A stretch of DNA of 64,000 nt from Camelus ferus (taxonomy: Eukaryota), in assembly GCF_009834535.1 (NCBI RefSeq), contig NC_045708.1, forward strand, positions 29,636,001 through 29,700,000. The letters run 5' to 3'. How positions within the stretch are numbered: position 1 is the stretch's first letter; each line of letters opens with the position of its first letter. A model generated the notes under the pieces. The model saw only the letters and a program-made list of their open reading frames with translations. It did not search any database and was not told where the DNA came from. Shown in pieces: positions 12,823 to 25,814 of this stretch. Made by a program: the position numbers and the translations under genes.

Positions 12823-14269
12823 TGCTGTAAAATTCTAAGTCTTAAAATCTCCTTTTTTATAAAACACAGTTAAAGGCAAATAAAATGGAAAGAGAGGCAT
12901 ATCTAGCCCAGAGCTAAACTTCTGGCTGAAAGTAATTTCCCCAAGGTCATGCGGCTAGTAGACATCTGTCTGATCTTCAAACCCATGACTTTCCTCTCCA
13001 CCAGGCTTCATTTGTCTCTTAAATAAGGGGATAAACTCAATGACCCCAGGTTACCTTCCTAATCTGGGCTCCTAGGAGGCTGTTCTGCCTGAATGTTGTT
13101 GACTTTTCCATATATTATTAATATTTTATCATAAAATGCTCACCTCTCCTCCAAATCTGGGTATTTTAAAGTCTTGTCAAATTTCTGATTTTATTATGAT
13201 CTTGTTGCCAAATATGTTTTCTCCCAGGGGCACACAGCTTGGGTCTAATTGTGCAAAGTGGGAGGGAGCTGTGATTAGAAATGCACACACTGTTGCTCGG
13301 AGGCCCACTTTTGCGGGCAGCCTTTGTCCCATGAAGCAAGGCTCAGGTTCAGTTCCCAGTGGTCACTGTCCCCCAGGAGGTCTGGCCTCAGTAAGCCCTC
13401 TAGCTTGTCCACAGTGCCGTGCTGCTCTCTGGGTAAAGCTCAAAAAGGAAGGTCTAGGGGAAAAGGAGCCAGTGCCAGGTGGCACAGCCTCCTGAGTGGT
13501 GTATCTGCTAAAAATACTCAGTTGCCAAGAGGTAGGGAACACACCCCTTGGTGACAAATGTACTGGGGAGGCTGAGCTGTGGGTCCTGGGGGAAGTTCAC
13601 ATCAGGTTCTGGGCACATCCCAGCTTCTCTCTCATTTTGTCCAGGTTCTGCAGAAATTATATCATGTCACCACACCCAGGGTAGGGGGGCATTTAATGTG
13701 CTGTCCAGGGACAGGCCTGCTGTGCCAGGAATCCCAGGGCACATATGCAATATGAGCACAGGGACAGATCCCACCACTGCGGGGTCTATTTTAAGCAGTA
13801 TTCCGTGTAGTTACTCAGCAATATTTACTAAGGCCTGGTCTGAGCCTAGTGCTCGGCCTGGCCCAGAATGCAAAGCTACATAAGACTATGACCTTGGTCT
13901 CAAGTGTGAGTAACAGGTACTTAAAAGATCCTAAAACAAAGAGGTAGAATGGGTAACACAGACAACACACGAAGTGCTGTGGGTGATCGGAGGAGGACCT
14001 GCAGGGTAGGTCTTAGGTGATTTTTGCAGAAGAAATGCTTTTCATCTAGCGCTTCATGAGTTGAGTCAGGTCTGACCAGTGAGACTCCTGTTTTGTGAGC
14101 CCCTGTCTGGTGCAGGATGGAGGCTGGTGTGGGCCGGGAGTCCTGGAGGCTGGGAGAGGTGTTGTAATTGTGTGGAGTCCAAGCCAGGGCAGAGGCAAGG
14201 AGGAAAGAAAACACAGAGTCAAGAAGTCAGGGCTGCCGGACAGAGGCAGGAGGGGAGAGCAGGTCAAGG

Positions 14270-14877
14270 TGAGACAGGAGGGAAGGGGGCAGAGCACAGC
14301 CATGAAAAGACTGACACAGCATTAGCACCAAGATGGGGGGAGATTCAACTCCCAGTAGACCTTGAGCTTCGTTATATGCTCACTGCAATATATGAGCATG
14401 GTAAATGGCCCTCCCACGGGCCCCGTGCCAGTTCTGGGGCTGACCATGAAAGGTCAGTGGGCGGCGGCCCAGATCTTGAGAATCCCAGCCCTTTCCCCAA
14501 AGCAGTTAGAATAATCCCCTGACTTGTCAGCATGTGAAACAACCGAGCCAGCAAACCCCAGCAGCACGGCCCCTCACTGCCGCCGGCTCCCTTGCCTTTG
14601 GAGATGACCTGCACTCTGCCGATGGGGACTGTATCTACTTTTACTTTAAACTAAGCACCCAAGCCTGCACCTCATGGTCTTTCTCTTGCGATCTGAGACA
14701 GCCTGCACTCTGTGGAGCGTGCATCTCTCTGAATAAATCTACTTTTACTCAACTATGGCTCGCTTTTGAATTCTTTCCTGAGCGAAGCCAAGGACCCTCC
14801 CCTGGTGGTGCGCGTCCCAGGGCCTCAGTCAAGACCTGGGACGCGTCCGTCCTCTTGTGCCTCATTTTCCTGTACCA
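14270..14877 (+). mobile_element. Solo LTR, ERV1-like, 608 bp
   Basis: Starts TGAGACAGG and ends CCTGTACCA; perfect 4-bp TSD AAGG (14266-14269, 14878-14881); AATAAA at 14732-14737 followed by a U5-like gaattctttcctgagcgaagccaaggaccc segment. Confidence 0.88.
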
Positions 14878-17800
14878 AAGGAGCCTTCTCTTACACCTTC
14901 CGGAAGGACTACCACCACAAGGCAAGACCTCGTCCATTCTGCAAGCTTGCATTTGTGCCATCTGGGCCATTTCCTCGCTTTTACTGCTGTGATTTTTCAT
15001 TCTAGGGGGACATCAGCACACAGCATCAGGGGCCTGACGGCCAGCACAGGTCAAAGAAGAGGAGGTGCCTTTTATTCTAAAGAAATTGGTATGGTACATA
15101 GAGATGCTGTGCAGTGAATGACCAAGTGCAGAAGCCTACGAACCACCAAGCAGGCGCCCAGCCTGGGCTGAAGTCAGCTCAGTTCCAGACGAGGCAGCCA
15201 AGGCCCTGTTTCCGACCAGCCGGCAAGATTAGGCAGGGAGGCAGGATGCCAGAAGCTGGGCCTCTCATGTTCAGAGAAGTGAAACTGCCAAGGAGGAGTG
15301 GACTTCTTAAATGTGCACATTACGTGGAGATGCCCCAGCCTTCAGCAGGCCCTGACCTGCAGAGTCTAGAACAAGGACTTTCACACTGTGCTCAGGACTC
15401 ACGGAAGGGGAGGCTGAGCAGCGGGGTTCTGGGCCCCCACCTCCGCCACTACATGGTGCCGTTTTTCCGAAGAAGCATCTATATAAACTGAACTTGGCAA
15501 AGAAGTTTTATGAGTTATAAAAACAATTTGAAAATTACTGTTAAAGCACATCCATGTTCAGAAGGTCCTTAAAACCTCTGACTTCCTGGGTGGGAGGGGC
15601 CTCGTGCATCCTCTGATGTGGTCATTTGCAGGCGCAGCCCACCTCTGGTACTTGGGGTCTCACGGCTTCCCAGGCAGCAACTTCCACCTCTGGGCAGCTC
15701 TCCCTCATTAAGCTAAACTTCTTGCTGGCCTTCCATGGTCTGAGCTCTGTTTAGCGCAACCCCTCCTGCACATGACATTCTCCAAAGGATGCCGCTTTAC
15801 CCAAGACTCCGCTCTTCCACGCCGGAGTGGAAGGACCATATCCTCAAACAGTTTCTCTCTGGATGGATTCCAGATTCCTCCTCAGACTTTCCCAGCTAAC
15901 CCCTCCAGGTTGTCCTTCTTAAGATGGAATGGCCCAGAGCACCCAGAGGCCCCTTGCTAGGGCTGGAGCCAGCTCAGCCTGAGGCAGGACCACAGTCAGC
16001 TAGTTCTCCCAGCATCACTTCCTTGCTCCCCAGCCAGGAAACAGTCCCAGAATGGGGGAGTGACCAGATCTTGGAGATTGAATGCAGGTTCTATTCTTTA
16101 CTAAAAAGTACTAAAAAGAAAGTCAGCCGGGATCAGAGGTGTTTATCATGGAAAAAGAAACAGCTATCATTGTGGAGTGCTTACTCCATAGGAGGTGTGT
16201 ATTAGAGGAATTATATTGTGGAAGCCTTGGCATGATTCTATATGGCAAGTAGCAGGGATGGAGGCTGGCTTAGAAAAGCCTCTGATACCGACTTAAAAGC
16301 CTGGTCTGTGTCTTGCAGGCAGTAGGGGATGGGGAAGGTGTTCAGTTACAGCTGTGCTCTGGAAACACCCCTCTGGGGCTGCATGCGACAGCAGCTTGAG
16401 GGACGCTGACCAAGGCCATCTGTCGTGGCAGCTGATGAAATACCTGTAGACACTAGGTGCCTGATTGATGCCTGTGGGCCAGTGGCTATGATGATGAGGC
16501 CACCATGATCTGGGAAACCTCAGTGTTTCCTGCAGCCCAGAGGTAATATGTGCATTGAGATGCAAATAAGATGAGAGAAGGTTGTGAAGGGGTAGCAAAA
16601 TCCCACCGTGAATGCAAAGTATCATCTCTGGGCTGGGGAACAGCTGTGAGATCAAGACTGTGGCAAGATTTCCCGAACATCTGAAGGCACTGGGGTAGCT
16701 ACTGGGAGGAGGTACGTCTGAACTTTCTCATGATGGGGCTGGCCGTAATCACCAGCTGCTTCAACCTGCCCCAGACTGAACGGATTCAAATCTTCAGGTG
16801 AAGGAAAGACAGGCCATTCTAATTCTTCCACGACAGCAGGCACCTTCTCGGCCCTTGCTCTGAGCCTATCTGCTCCCCACAAGCTGGGGGTAGAGGAGAA
16901 ACCAGGCCATGGAAAATGTGTCCAAAGATACCTCAGATCACAGGCACCACCAGTGCCAGCCTCCTGGGAGGCAGCTTAGTCCACAGGCAGAACCAGGACA
17001 GGGAAGAAGATCTGGGCTCATTTTAAAAAAAAGAATTTTCCAACCCCAGGGCTACAGACTTGGAGCAAAGCAAGCTTGAGTGGCAGTGAGCTCCTCGCCA
17101 AGGACAGTTGGCAAGCGCAGACTAAATGATGTCTCAGGTTTGGGGCAAAATAGATTCCTATGCTGGGAGAGAGGCTGGACCTGAAGTGCAGTGGGTCTGG
17201 TTGGAATCTGAATGGACACAGCACCCACCCTGATGCTCCAGCCACAGACAGCCTGCAGGTGAGAGGGTGAGAAAACAGGGAGGAAGGATGTGGTCATGGC
17301 TCCGAGGGCGAAAAGACCTGTCTGAGGTCACACGGCTACTTCGTGGTGAAGTTGGGACCCACCTGCTCTGTTTGGGATGCTGCAGAATGCGGCGGTTAGG
17401 CGTGGGGTGGAGGGGTGGGCGGGGCTCAGACTGCCGGGTTTAAATCCTGCCTCATTCCCACCAGCTGTGTGGCCCTGAGCAGACACCAGCCCCGCAGCAG
17501 GGCGCTACCCAGAGCAGCTTGCCGTGGCTGTGCTGTGGTGTGGTTTTATTATACCTTCTGGCTACTATTCCAAGGCTGAGCTATCCCTCCCACAAAAGCC
17601 CTATTCCTCTAAGCCATTCTCTGGAAGTGGGATTTTTCCCACCTTCAAGCAGGTTTTCAGTGTGACATGCTAGTTAGGGATGCCTGTAGTGAGCCTCTCA
17701 TGGGAGGAAGAATCTTTTCATGAGCTCAATGGCTGTCCCTCAGGTGAATGGGGTGCCTGTACCTCACTGTCCCTGACAGGTGTTTATCCACATCTCCTCT

Positions 17801-18016
17801 CTCCTGAACACCCCCAGAGTTGCTGGATGTAAGGCCTTCTCAGAAGATCTCCCTGCTTGGAAGGTTCTCCTTCCTTCCCTCTTCTTCGATTAAGGCCTAT
17901 CCTTCCCCAGGTGTCAGGTTCAGTTCCAGATCCTCCAAAGCTTTTCCTGGCCTTGAGATGGGTCACATCCCCAGTTATACTTTTCCTAGGAGCAGTGTGG
18001 TGCAGCAACAAAGAGA

Positions 18017-18375
18017 ATAGGAGCCAGACTTCCCAAGGCTGAAAGCAGGCTCTGCCCCTTATTAGCTGTGTGACCTTGGGCAGGTTATTTAACTTCTCTG
18101 TGCCTCAGTTTCTTCCTCTATAAAATGGGGCTAATGTCCTATTTGTTGACCTGGGGTAACTGGACATAATTATAGGGCTGTGTTCATTTTGTAATAGCTC
18201 ACAGACTGTTTTCTTATGACTAGGATTGGTTTTTGTATGTATTGGTATGCTTCAATTTAAAAATTACTGAAAAAGAATGGTATATCCTCACAGAGTTATT
18301 GTGAGGTTAACTGTGTTAATCTAGGTTATGTGCTTAGAACAGTGCCTAGCACGTAGCAGGGCTCAATCAATATTC
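18017..18375 (+). mobile_element. MIR split by an L1 3'-end fragment (about 18137-18270)
   Basis: MIR core ends at taaaatggggctaat and resumes at cctcacagagttattgtgagg; insert resembles an L1ME/MC tail. Confidence 0.7.
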
Positions 18376-20599
18376 GCTCTCTGGCACTTTGCCTTGAGAG
18401 CACTCATCACGGTAAGACTTATTCTTCAACAATGTAAGGAAAATCAAATGCCCCAGTTTTTGATACATTGGGAAGCCTGGAGATGTTCCCCCTCACCCAA
18501 ATCAAAAAGGAAGCCGTGGTTTGGTGCCACAATGTTGGTGGAACAGTCTATCCCTGGCATATAGGGACCAGCCAATAGAGGGAGCAATGGGATGGAAGCT
18601 TCACCACCTCTTCCTCCTCTCCAGCCATGGCTGGGTTTGCAAAGGAACCCAGAACATGCTGACGAGGATGCGGAAGCCCTTGGAAGCCCTCTGAGACCAC
18701 AAAGGAGGGGATGAGGAGGAGGGACAAATTCCAGTGATGGAGATGGAATTGCTGACTTGGAACATGAAGCAACCCAGCATCCAAACTTTGATATCGATTG
18801 AATGCACGGCTGAAAGCAGCATCCTTTCCTCCTGCTACACGTGATCCACAAGCACCACTCTTCTACTCCAGGGGTCCACGAGAAATGACTTTTGAAATGG
18901 AAATCAGTATGATGGAGGGATGAAAGATCAAGGCCCAGATAAAGAAAATGCAGGGGCAATAAAAGCTTCAGCGAAGTCAACCAAACTGTCAGATTCATAT
19001 CGAGATGACAGAGGAGCAAAATTAGGAACAGCTTTAGAAGAAATTCCAAGCTTAAGAATAAAGGGATTTGGTTATTTGCACTTGAAAAACAGGAAGCAAG
19101 ACTCCCCTGGAGGGCTGGTAGGCTGGACCATACAAGCTTTATGTTTATAGGCAGCCTTTCACCAACTCATCGCCTTTAATGTCTGACCAGAGCTGCAGCC
19201 AAATTCGTGTCCTCACCAGCAGAACGTGGGGTTGAGGGTCACGGCACAGTCACAAGCAGGAGCGGCCCTTGGACGCCCTGAGCTCCTGCTTGCGGATCAG
19301 GTCTCATCTTCCTTTCAGTTAAAGGCTCTGAATGCTTTAGACAGTGAGCCCGACAGGAGGGGTGGAGGCTTCTCGTAGAGGGAGGCAGGGTGAGAGATGC
19401 GGCGGTGGAAAGTTCTAGAGCTCATATGTTGAAATCAGATTGGGAAGCTGTCGCTACTGGCTGGGCTATTTCCTTCAGAAATGCCATCTCTATGAAATCT
19501 TGCAGAGATTAAAAGACGTGCTGACCAGTTAGCAGAGATCACTTTGTCTGTTCCCAGCACAATGGACCTGGCCCTGAACAGACACCGGGTGTGAGAAATC
19601 AAACCCAGAGTACGAAAATGAGGTGGTGGCTGCCATGGACTTGGCCCCTTTGGTAACCCTCAAATGTAAGTGAAGAAGTAGAAGTTCTGAACCTCCTTGA
19701 AGATGTTTTTCATGGCCTGGGAACTACACCTCTCACAGCGGTCCATCTCCCGTGTGGCCTTTGCCACGCTCTAGTCCCCTCAAGCACCTCACAAACTTCA
19801 CCTCCGGGAGCCAGTTCCCCGGCTTCTGTTAATTCCAGTGCTCATTCTGGGGCTGCAAGTCTCAGAAGATTACAGCTTCTGACATAGCCTCCAAAGATTC
19901 TTCTTTATTGTCTGTGTGAGTATGAAGTGACTCCCTCCTTGGTCAGAGCTCCATGTCACCTTTATGAGGCAGGTCTCCAGCCTGACAGAGTGGCTGATGA
20001 TGCCTCTGCCTGTGGCTACAGGACTCAACTGTTCAGCCCTTTTCTGCTCTGGACAGACACAGCGGCAACGCTAATACAAACCAAACGTCTGTGATCCTTC
20101 CGCACTTACCCGACATCTTCCTAACTACAGGACCTCATTTATCCCTTACTAGAAATCAGTGAGATGGGTAATGGCATGCCTCTTTTTCAGATGAGGAAAT
20201 GGAGGCTCATAGAGGTAAAGTAACTCATCTGAGGTCACACAGCTAGTGAGCAGCAGAGAAAGGCGCCAACCCCGCAAGGCTCCTCTCTGGATTATACGCC
20301 CTTCTGGCTCCCGTGGCTGGAGAAGATGCTGCTTCTTATGCATCAAAGGGGAATGTTCTCCAGCACGTGGAACGAGAGTGGGAGAGGGGAGAGGATGACT
20401 TTCCCCTATAAATGCCGTTCTTCACCTTGGGCCCTGGGGAAACACCATTATCATCACCATCTTTATCTACAAGTATTCAGGGGGGGTCCACTCAGGGCCT
20501 GGCCCTGGGCACAGAGAGGGGCAGGAATGGTTTCAGCTGGGGTTTGCCATGCAGGTGGCTGAGAGTCAGAGGATGCAGAAAGTAAGGGACCCCGGTGGG

Positions 20600-20830
20600 T
20601 GGCAGTGGGCTGTGAAGGAAAGAACACAGGATTTGGAGCCACATAGGTCTGGGTTTGAATCCAGCTCTGTTCCTCACTACCTGAGTGATGGTAGTCAAGT
20701 TCCTTTGCCTCGGCCCCCTCGTGTGGAGAACAGGGGTCTGTGTGTGTGTATATGTATAAATACTGTTTAGCAGGGGCTGATGAAGATTAGGAATTATATT
20801 TGTGCAGTGGTTTGTGCTGAGTTCTGCACC
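20600..20830 (+). mobile_element. MIR
   Basis: ggagccacataggtctgggtttgaatccagctctg. Confidence 0.6.
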
Positions 20831-22599
20831 TGGGGCACAGCAGGCCTTCAATATACAGCAGCTGCTGTTACTACAGAGCGGGGTCGGGAGGTCACTGGAC
20901 GAGGGGGGATGTAGGGGGCCCAGTAGGGGAGGAGACCGTTAGATGGCTGGGACAGGGCTCAGTCCAGGGGATCACGTGCTGCATCTCAACCAGTGGTCAG
21001 CAGAGGTAAGGAAGTTGCCTGAGGTCCCCCGTCAAACCCACACAGGCACTGACAGCAGAGTCAAGACTCCATCAGCCAGAGACTCCTGTCCCCAAAGCAG
21101 GGCTGGGGCCCATAGGACAGAGCATGACCTCTTCACAGAGGACGGCTCACTCCTCACGCACCTCCCTGCACCAGGCCCGGTGCCTGGTCATGAACTGAAT
21201 CAGCACACAGTGTCTCCAGAAAGCCCGAGGGCAGCTCTCCAGCCGTGCTGGCCCTGCCTGGATGGAGTGTCACCTACAACGGCTATTTACAGCATGTCAA
21301 GTGCCCTTGAGAGCGACCGTCGGCAAGAAGGCAACCTTGTGGCTAGAATTATGTCCAGATGAGATGCAGAATCAGCTTGATGCAGCTGAACGAGAACAGA
21401 CCCTGCTAACGCTTCCAGCAGATCTACTCGGTGTTGGCTGAGAGTGGGGGCAGATGCCGAATGTGGCCTCCAGCCTCCTGACTTCACAACAGCCTGTGAG
21501 GTCGAGACAGTTGTCCCTGTTCCAGAGATGGAGAAACTGAGCCCAGAGGCTTGCCCTCAGCCACACAGCTAGTAAGTGGCACCATACCATGCCAAAGATC
21601 ATTCTGATCGGCCCACTGTCCACATTTTTAAGTTTCCATGTTGTAAACTATACATGGATGTTATTAAACGGGTTTCCCCTGCCTGTGGCCAGGGCCAGGC
21701 CAGCTCTAAGGCTGGCCATCGGGGGAAACATCCATTTGTCTGAACCAAACAGAAAATAGTAAACGTCAAGATAAGGTGAGATAATAGGTCTTGGGGGTTT
21801 GGAAGGAGAGGCGATGTCTGGCAGGCAGTGGCAGGGTGGGGGAAGGGCAGGGAGGCTCCATGGAATGGGCTCTAAGGACAGTCAGCGGTGGGGATTAGGA
21901 GCTGAAGAAGAGAAGAGGTTCCTTCAGGTGGAGGGAACAGCAAAAGCAAAGGAACAGAGGTGAAGAAGCAAGGGATGGATGGAGAGAACAGTTGGGCTTG
22001 GGCAGAGAGGAGCCTAGGGAGGGGGTCTAGGACCTAATCAACCATGAGGTATTTTGGAAAGAACTGGGGAGTCAATAAGGGCTCTTTCGGAGCCAGGCTT
22101 TAGGGCCAACTGTCTGGTGGAGTTATAGGAATACCAGGCTCTGAGGATTTAAAAACTGCCCCAGATGCATAGAGTGTTTAAAACTTAGTTATTTTCATTT
22201 GTGCATTCCCACTTCCTGTTGAAAAAAATGAGATGAATGATATGGCCTCTTCCGTTTGATGGAAAAAGGACAGAGGTCCTCCCCCACCCCGTACTGACAC
22301 TTGGGATTCCATCACAGGCCCCTCCCCAGCCTACGCATCTCTCTCGCCCTCTCTGGTTGCCCCCAACTCACTCGCCACTTCCCTCCCCCTCCAGCCTCAC
22401 CAGCATCCCATTGCTCCAGCCTTGGGCCAGTTCATCCATCTGGAACAGTCTTCCCTCCCCTGCCCCTTGTTAACTGTGCCTCGTCCTCAGACTGAGCTCA
22501 CTGCGCATCCTCAGAGGTGCTTTCTGAGCGCTGCCCAGCCCACCTGGCCAGTGGCCGCACATGCAAAGCTGGCCAGGAGGTGTCAGAAGCGGAGCTGTG

Positions 22600-22780
22600 G
22601 GACTCACCAAGCTGTCGTTTTTGAGTGTTCAGTCCTCAGAACGGCACTTGGCAGTGTCACCAGTATTCTTCCCACTTTGCAGATGAGAAAAGGAGGCACA
22701 AGAGGGGCCGAGCAACCTGGCTCAGGTCACACACCCAGCAGTGATGCAGTGAGGGCTCAACCCAGGTGGGCCGCCTTCAG
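22600..22780 (-). mobile_element. MIR
   Basis: cccactttgcagatgagaaaa...gctcaggtcacacac. Confidence 0.55.
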
Positions 22781-24319
22781 CGGCTGCGCTCCTGACCCCC
22801 ACCCATTCCTGCCTCTGTCCTGCCCTCTCAGCTGCCTTCCAGACACGCTAGACTCTACCTCTAATACAGGCCGGTTCCAAGCTGCTGGGGGCTGCATGTT
22901 TGAGGCCATCTCCTCTTTTGCTCCTCACCTCCACCCTGGGAGGCTACACTATTCCCGTCACCCTCCAGATGAGGAGAGGTGTGCACAGATGAGCTAGCAG
23001 CTTGACCCAAATCGCACAGCCCATCAGGGCGGAGCCAGGGCTGCTGCCAGATCTCTTGGACTCCAGATGCAGTGATCTTCCCTGAGACCATAGAAAACAA
23101 CTCAGACCAGTGTGCCAGCCTCCCTCCTGATTATTGCCACTCCTGACCCAGTGATCTTCCCAGGAACTGCATGAAGGCCTGTGGTGATGCTCCTGGGAGC
23201 TGTGTTTCAGAACCCTACCAGGGACCCACAACTCGGGCCCTCCAAGCATCTGAGCTCAGAGACAAGCCTGCCTGAGCAGAAACCCAAGGTTCTGGCCTCA
23301 CCGAAACCTCACTCCAAGGGCTCAGTCAAGAAATCTCAGATTTCCTGTGCTGGTTACAAGTTCCTAACACATATTCAAATAAGACGTGGCAAATGAAATA
23401 AGGAGCATTTGTCCAGGTGCTGCCTGAAATCACCCCAATGGTTTGCATCACCACCCGCAGGAGGCTCTCGACCAGGTAGCTGCACACCTAAAGCACCTGC
23501 ATGAAGCAGGCCTAGGTGGGTGGGAGCCAAGTTCCTAGGAGTCCAGGGAGGGGATGAGACATGTGAAGACTCTTTGGTGAGGATCTGACCAAGCACGATG
23601 GATGCTCTGTCCTGCTGGACCCCGGGCAAAGCCTCACTGTGTTCACAGCAGCCTTTCCCCCGCTTCAGTGAAGGGCTGGCAGACTAAAGGCACTTGGGCC
23701 CCTGGAAGGGGGAAGAGAGAGCCTGGCCAGTGTGGGGACATTCATGGGTCACTGCCCTGCCCTTTCTTGCAGCAACCAGAACCCACGGGCACCCTGCTGG
23801 AGTCTGGAGTGGGGGACGCCCCTTTACTTGGTGCAAGTCCTTGCATGACTGCCTCCTTCAGCCCCAGTGCAGCCCCTGGGTCACTGCTCAGGGACATTCT
23901 GTTCCTCTGGTCCAGACCCATTCAAGCCACCACCTCCACTCTGCCCCACGGGCTTTTTCCTCGTCATCCCTGACCACGGAGGAGGAGGAACACACAAGTC
24001 CCCAGCTGCCCTCCTCGTGGGAAGGGTTTACCCACACAGTGAAACCAGAGTCTACAGAGTGCAGCCACTGGGAGGCTACAAACCTCAGGAAAATCACAGC
24101 TGACAGTCTGGGCCCGAACGCCCAAGCTAAGCAGTCCCAGAAACTTCCAAGAGGCGGATCTGAGGCAACCCCGCTGCTAGATCTGCTGACACTTTGGACG
24201 CCTAAGGGAACTGGTCTCCCCCTCCTCGCTGGGGGATGGCTCCCCTTCCTTCTGAATCAGCCTGGGACCCTGCCCTGGGTGAACACAGTTTCCTCTCTAG
24301 CCTTTAAAAGTCCTGCCTC

Positions 24320-24403
24320 CAGGAGGAAGGTATAGGGTATAGCTCAGTGCTCAGTGGTAGAGTGTTGGGGTCCTGGGTTCAATCCCCAGTACCTCCATTA
24401 AAA
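24320..24403 (+). mobile_element. Short aberrant tRNA-Ala/SINE retrocopy with 14-bp TSD
   Basis: TSD AAAAGTCCTGCCTC at 24306-24319 and 24404-24417; TTT/AAAA L1-endonuclease site; A-box and B-box present; anticodon arm and SINE 3' body absent. Confidence 0.85.
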
Positions 24404-25074
24404 AAAAGTCCTGCCTCTGGTTGAAGAGTACAACCCGCGGACAAGCCTCCCTGGCCCTCTGGGCCCCTGCCGGCTGCCACCATTCCTTGCCTCCGTCTCT
24501 GGGGAGGCACCTTGCCTGCTCCTGGCTCCAGCCCCCGGAAGCCCAGCCCACCCCTGGCTGGCCGCCTTCTGGCCCCGGCCTGCCAGCCGCACTCGCCAGT
24601 GGGTCATAAGGCCTCGGTCACAGCCTGGCTTCTCCCTGGCTGCCTTAGGCTCATTTTGGCTCCTGGGTCTGTCCCGTCTGCTGCCACCATGTTCCTGGGA
24701 GCCTGCCTGCCCGGCACGCCCGCCCCCTCCAGCCCAATCTGTTGTCTGCTGGCTGCTGTGTCCCGGGACACACCTCCCCAGCTCTCCCGCCAGCTGGGCT
24801 GTCCTCCTTTGGTCTGCAAACCACCCATGGTGACAGATGACACCCGTCCACAGCACAGATTCAAAATTCTGCTCTGAGTTTGGGCCCTGCTCCTTCTTTG
24901 GCCTGATGCCTTTAGCTCCCTCCCTCCCTCTCTCGGCCTTGCCCGACTTCACTTGTCCAGAAATCTGCCTGGTGGCCCCAGACAGTCTCTGCCCATCTAA
25001 ACTCTTTCCTCAATTCCTGGCTTCCCTGGTCTCCCTTATTCTGAGCCAACTGATCCTCTCTCTTTCTTATTTTA

Positions 25075-25210
25075 AATTTTTATTTTGAAACAATCGCAAA
25101 CATACAGGAAAGTTGAAAGTATAGTGAAAAAAAATTCTTCTTCCCTGAACTGCTTAAGATCAAATTGCCAGTCCCGTAAACCATCACCCCTGAATTCTCC
25201 AGGTGTATTT
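25075..25210 (-). mobile_element. Old L1 3'-end fragment
   Basis: ttttattttgaaacaatcgcaaacatacaggaaagttgaaag motif. Confidence 0.55.
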
Positions 25211-25352
25211 CTTTCTTCCCCTTATTTTTTTTTCTTGGTCAGGGGAGGTAATTAGTTTTATTTATTTACATATTTTTTAATGGAGATACTGGGGATTGAA
25301 CACAGGACCTCATGTATGCTAAGCACGCACCCTCCCACTGAGCTATACTCTC
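25210..25352 (-). mobile_element. tRNA-Ala-derived camelid-type SINE
   Basis: Same head and AACTAATTACCTCCCC body and A tail as the other copies; sits next to an old L1 fragment. Confidence 0.85.
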
Positions 25353-25814
25353 CTCTCCAGGGTGTGCTTATTTCACCCAAGGCGATGCCAGGCCTCCCTG
25401 CCTGACCAGGCTCTAACTCCCCATGCATGGTCCACCCTCGGTGGAGAAGCCTTCCTTAATCTACTTGGGTGGTGGCCCTCCAACCAAGCCATCTGTAATT
25501 GTTTGAACCAAAGGGATCTTCTGGTGTTCAACATCTCTTTTCATGGGAGCTAAAGGTGCCTCAGAATCCCAGCCTGATTCCCCACAGTGCCACCTCCCAG
25601 CCATCACCACAGCCACAGCAAGATGGCACATGTCCTGTGCCCTCATACACACTCACCACACAGCCCTTCCTCCCTTCTTCCTGTTGGCATATTCTGAGGG
25701 AAGGTCAGAGGCTGGTTTCTGTCCTTCCCATGCTGTGTTAACGCCTCCCGGGGCCACTGCTTCCTCATCGGCAAAGTGGGGAATTTGGATCAAATGATTT
25801 CTAGGGACCATTTA

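Noticed and set aside
16440-16900. Unassigned segment that may be an old LTR or CR1 relic (similarly 8310-8580)
   Set aside because: No diagnostic motif identified.
23070-23161. 13-bp direct repeat CAGTGATCTTCCC, 79 bp apart
   Set aside because: Borderline chance expectation; no extended similarity.
24034-24061. Cryptic RSS (CACAGTG, 12-nt spacer), notable because KRC binds RSS
   Set aside because: Nonamer matches only about 5 of 9; heptamers are frequent.
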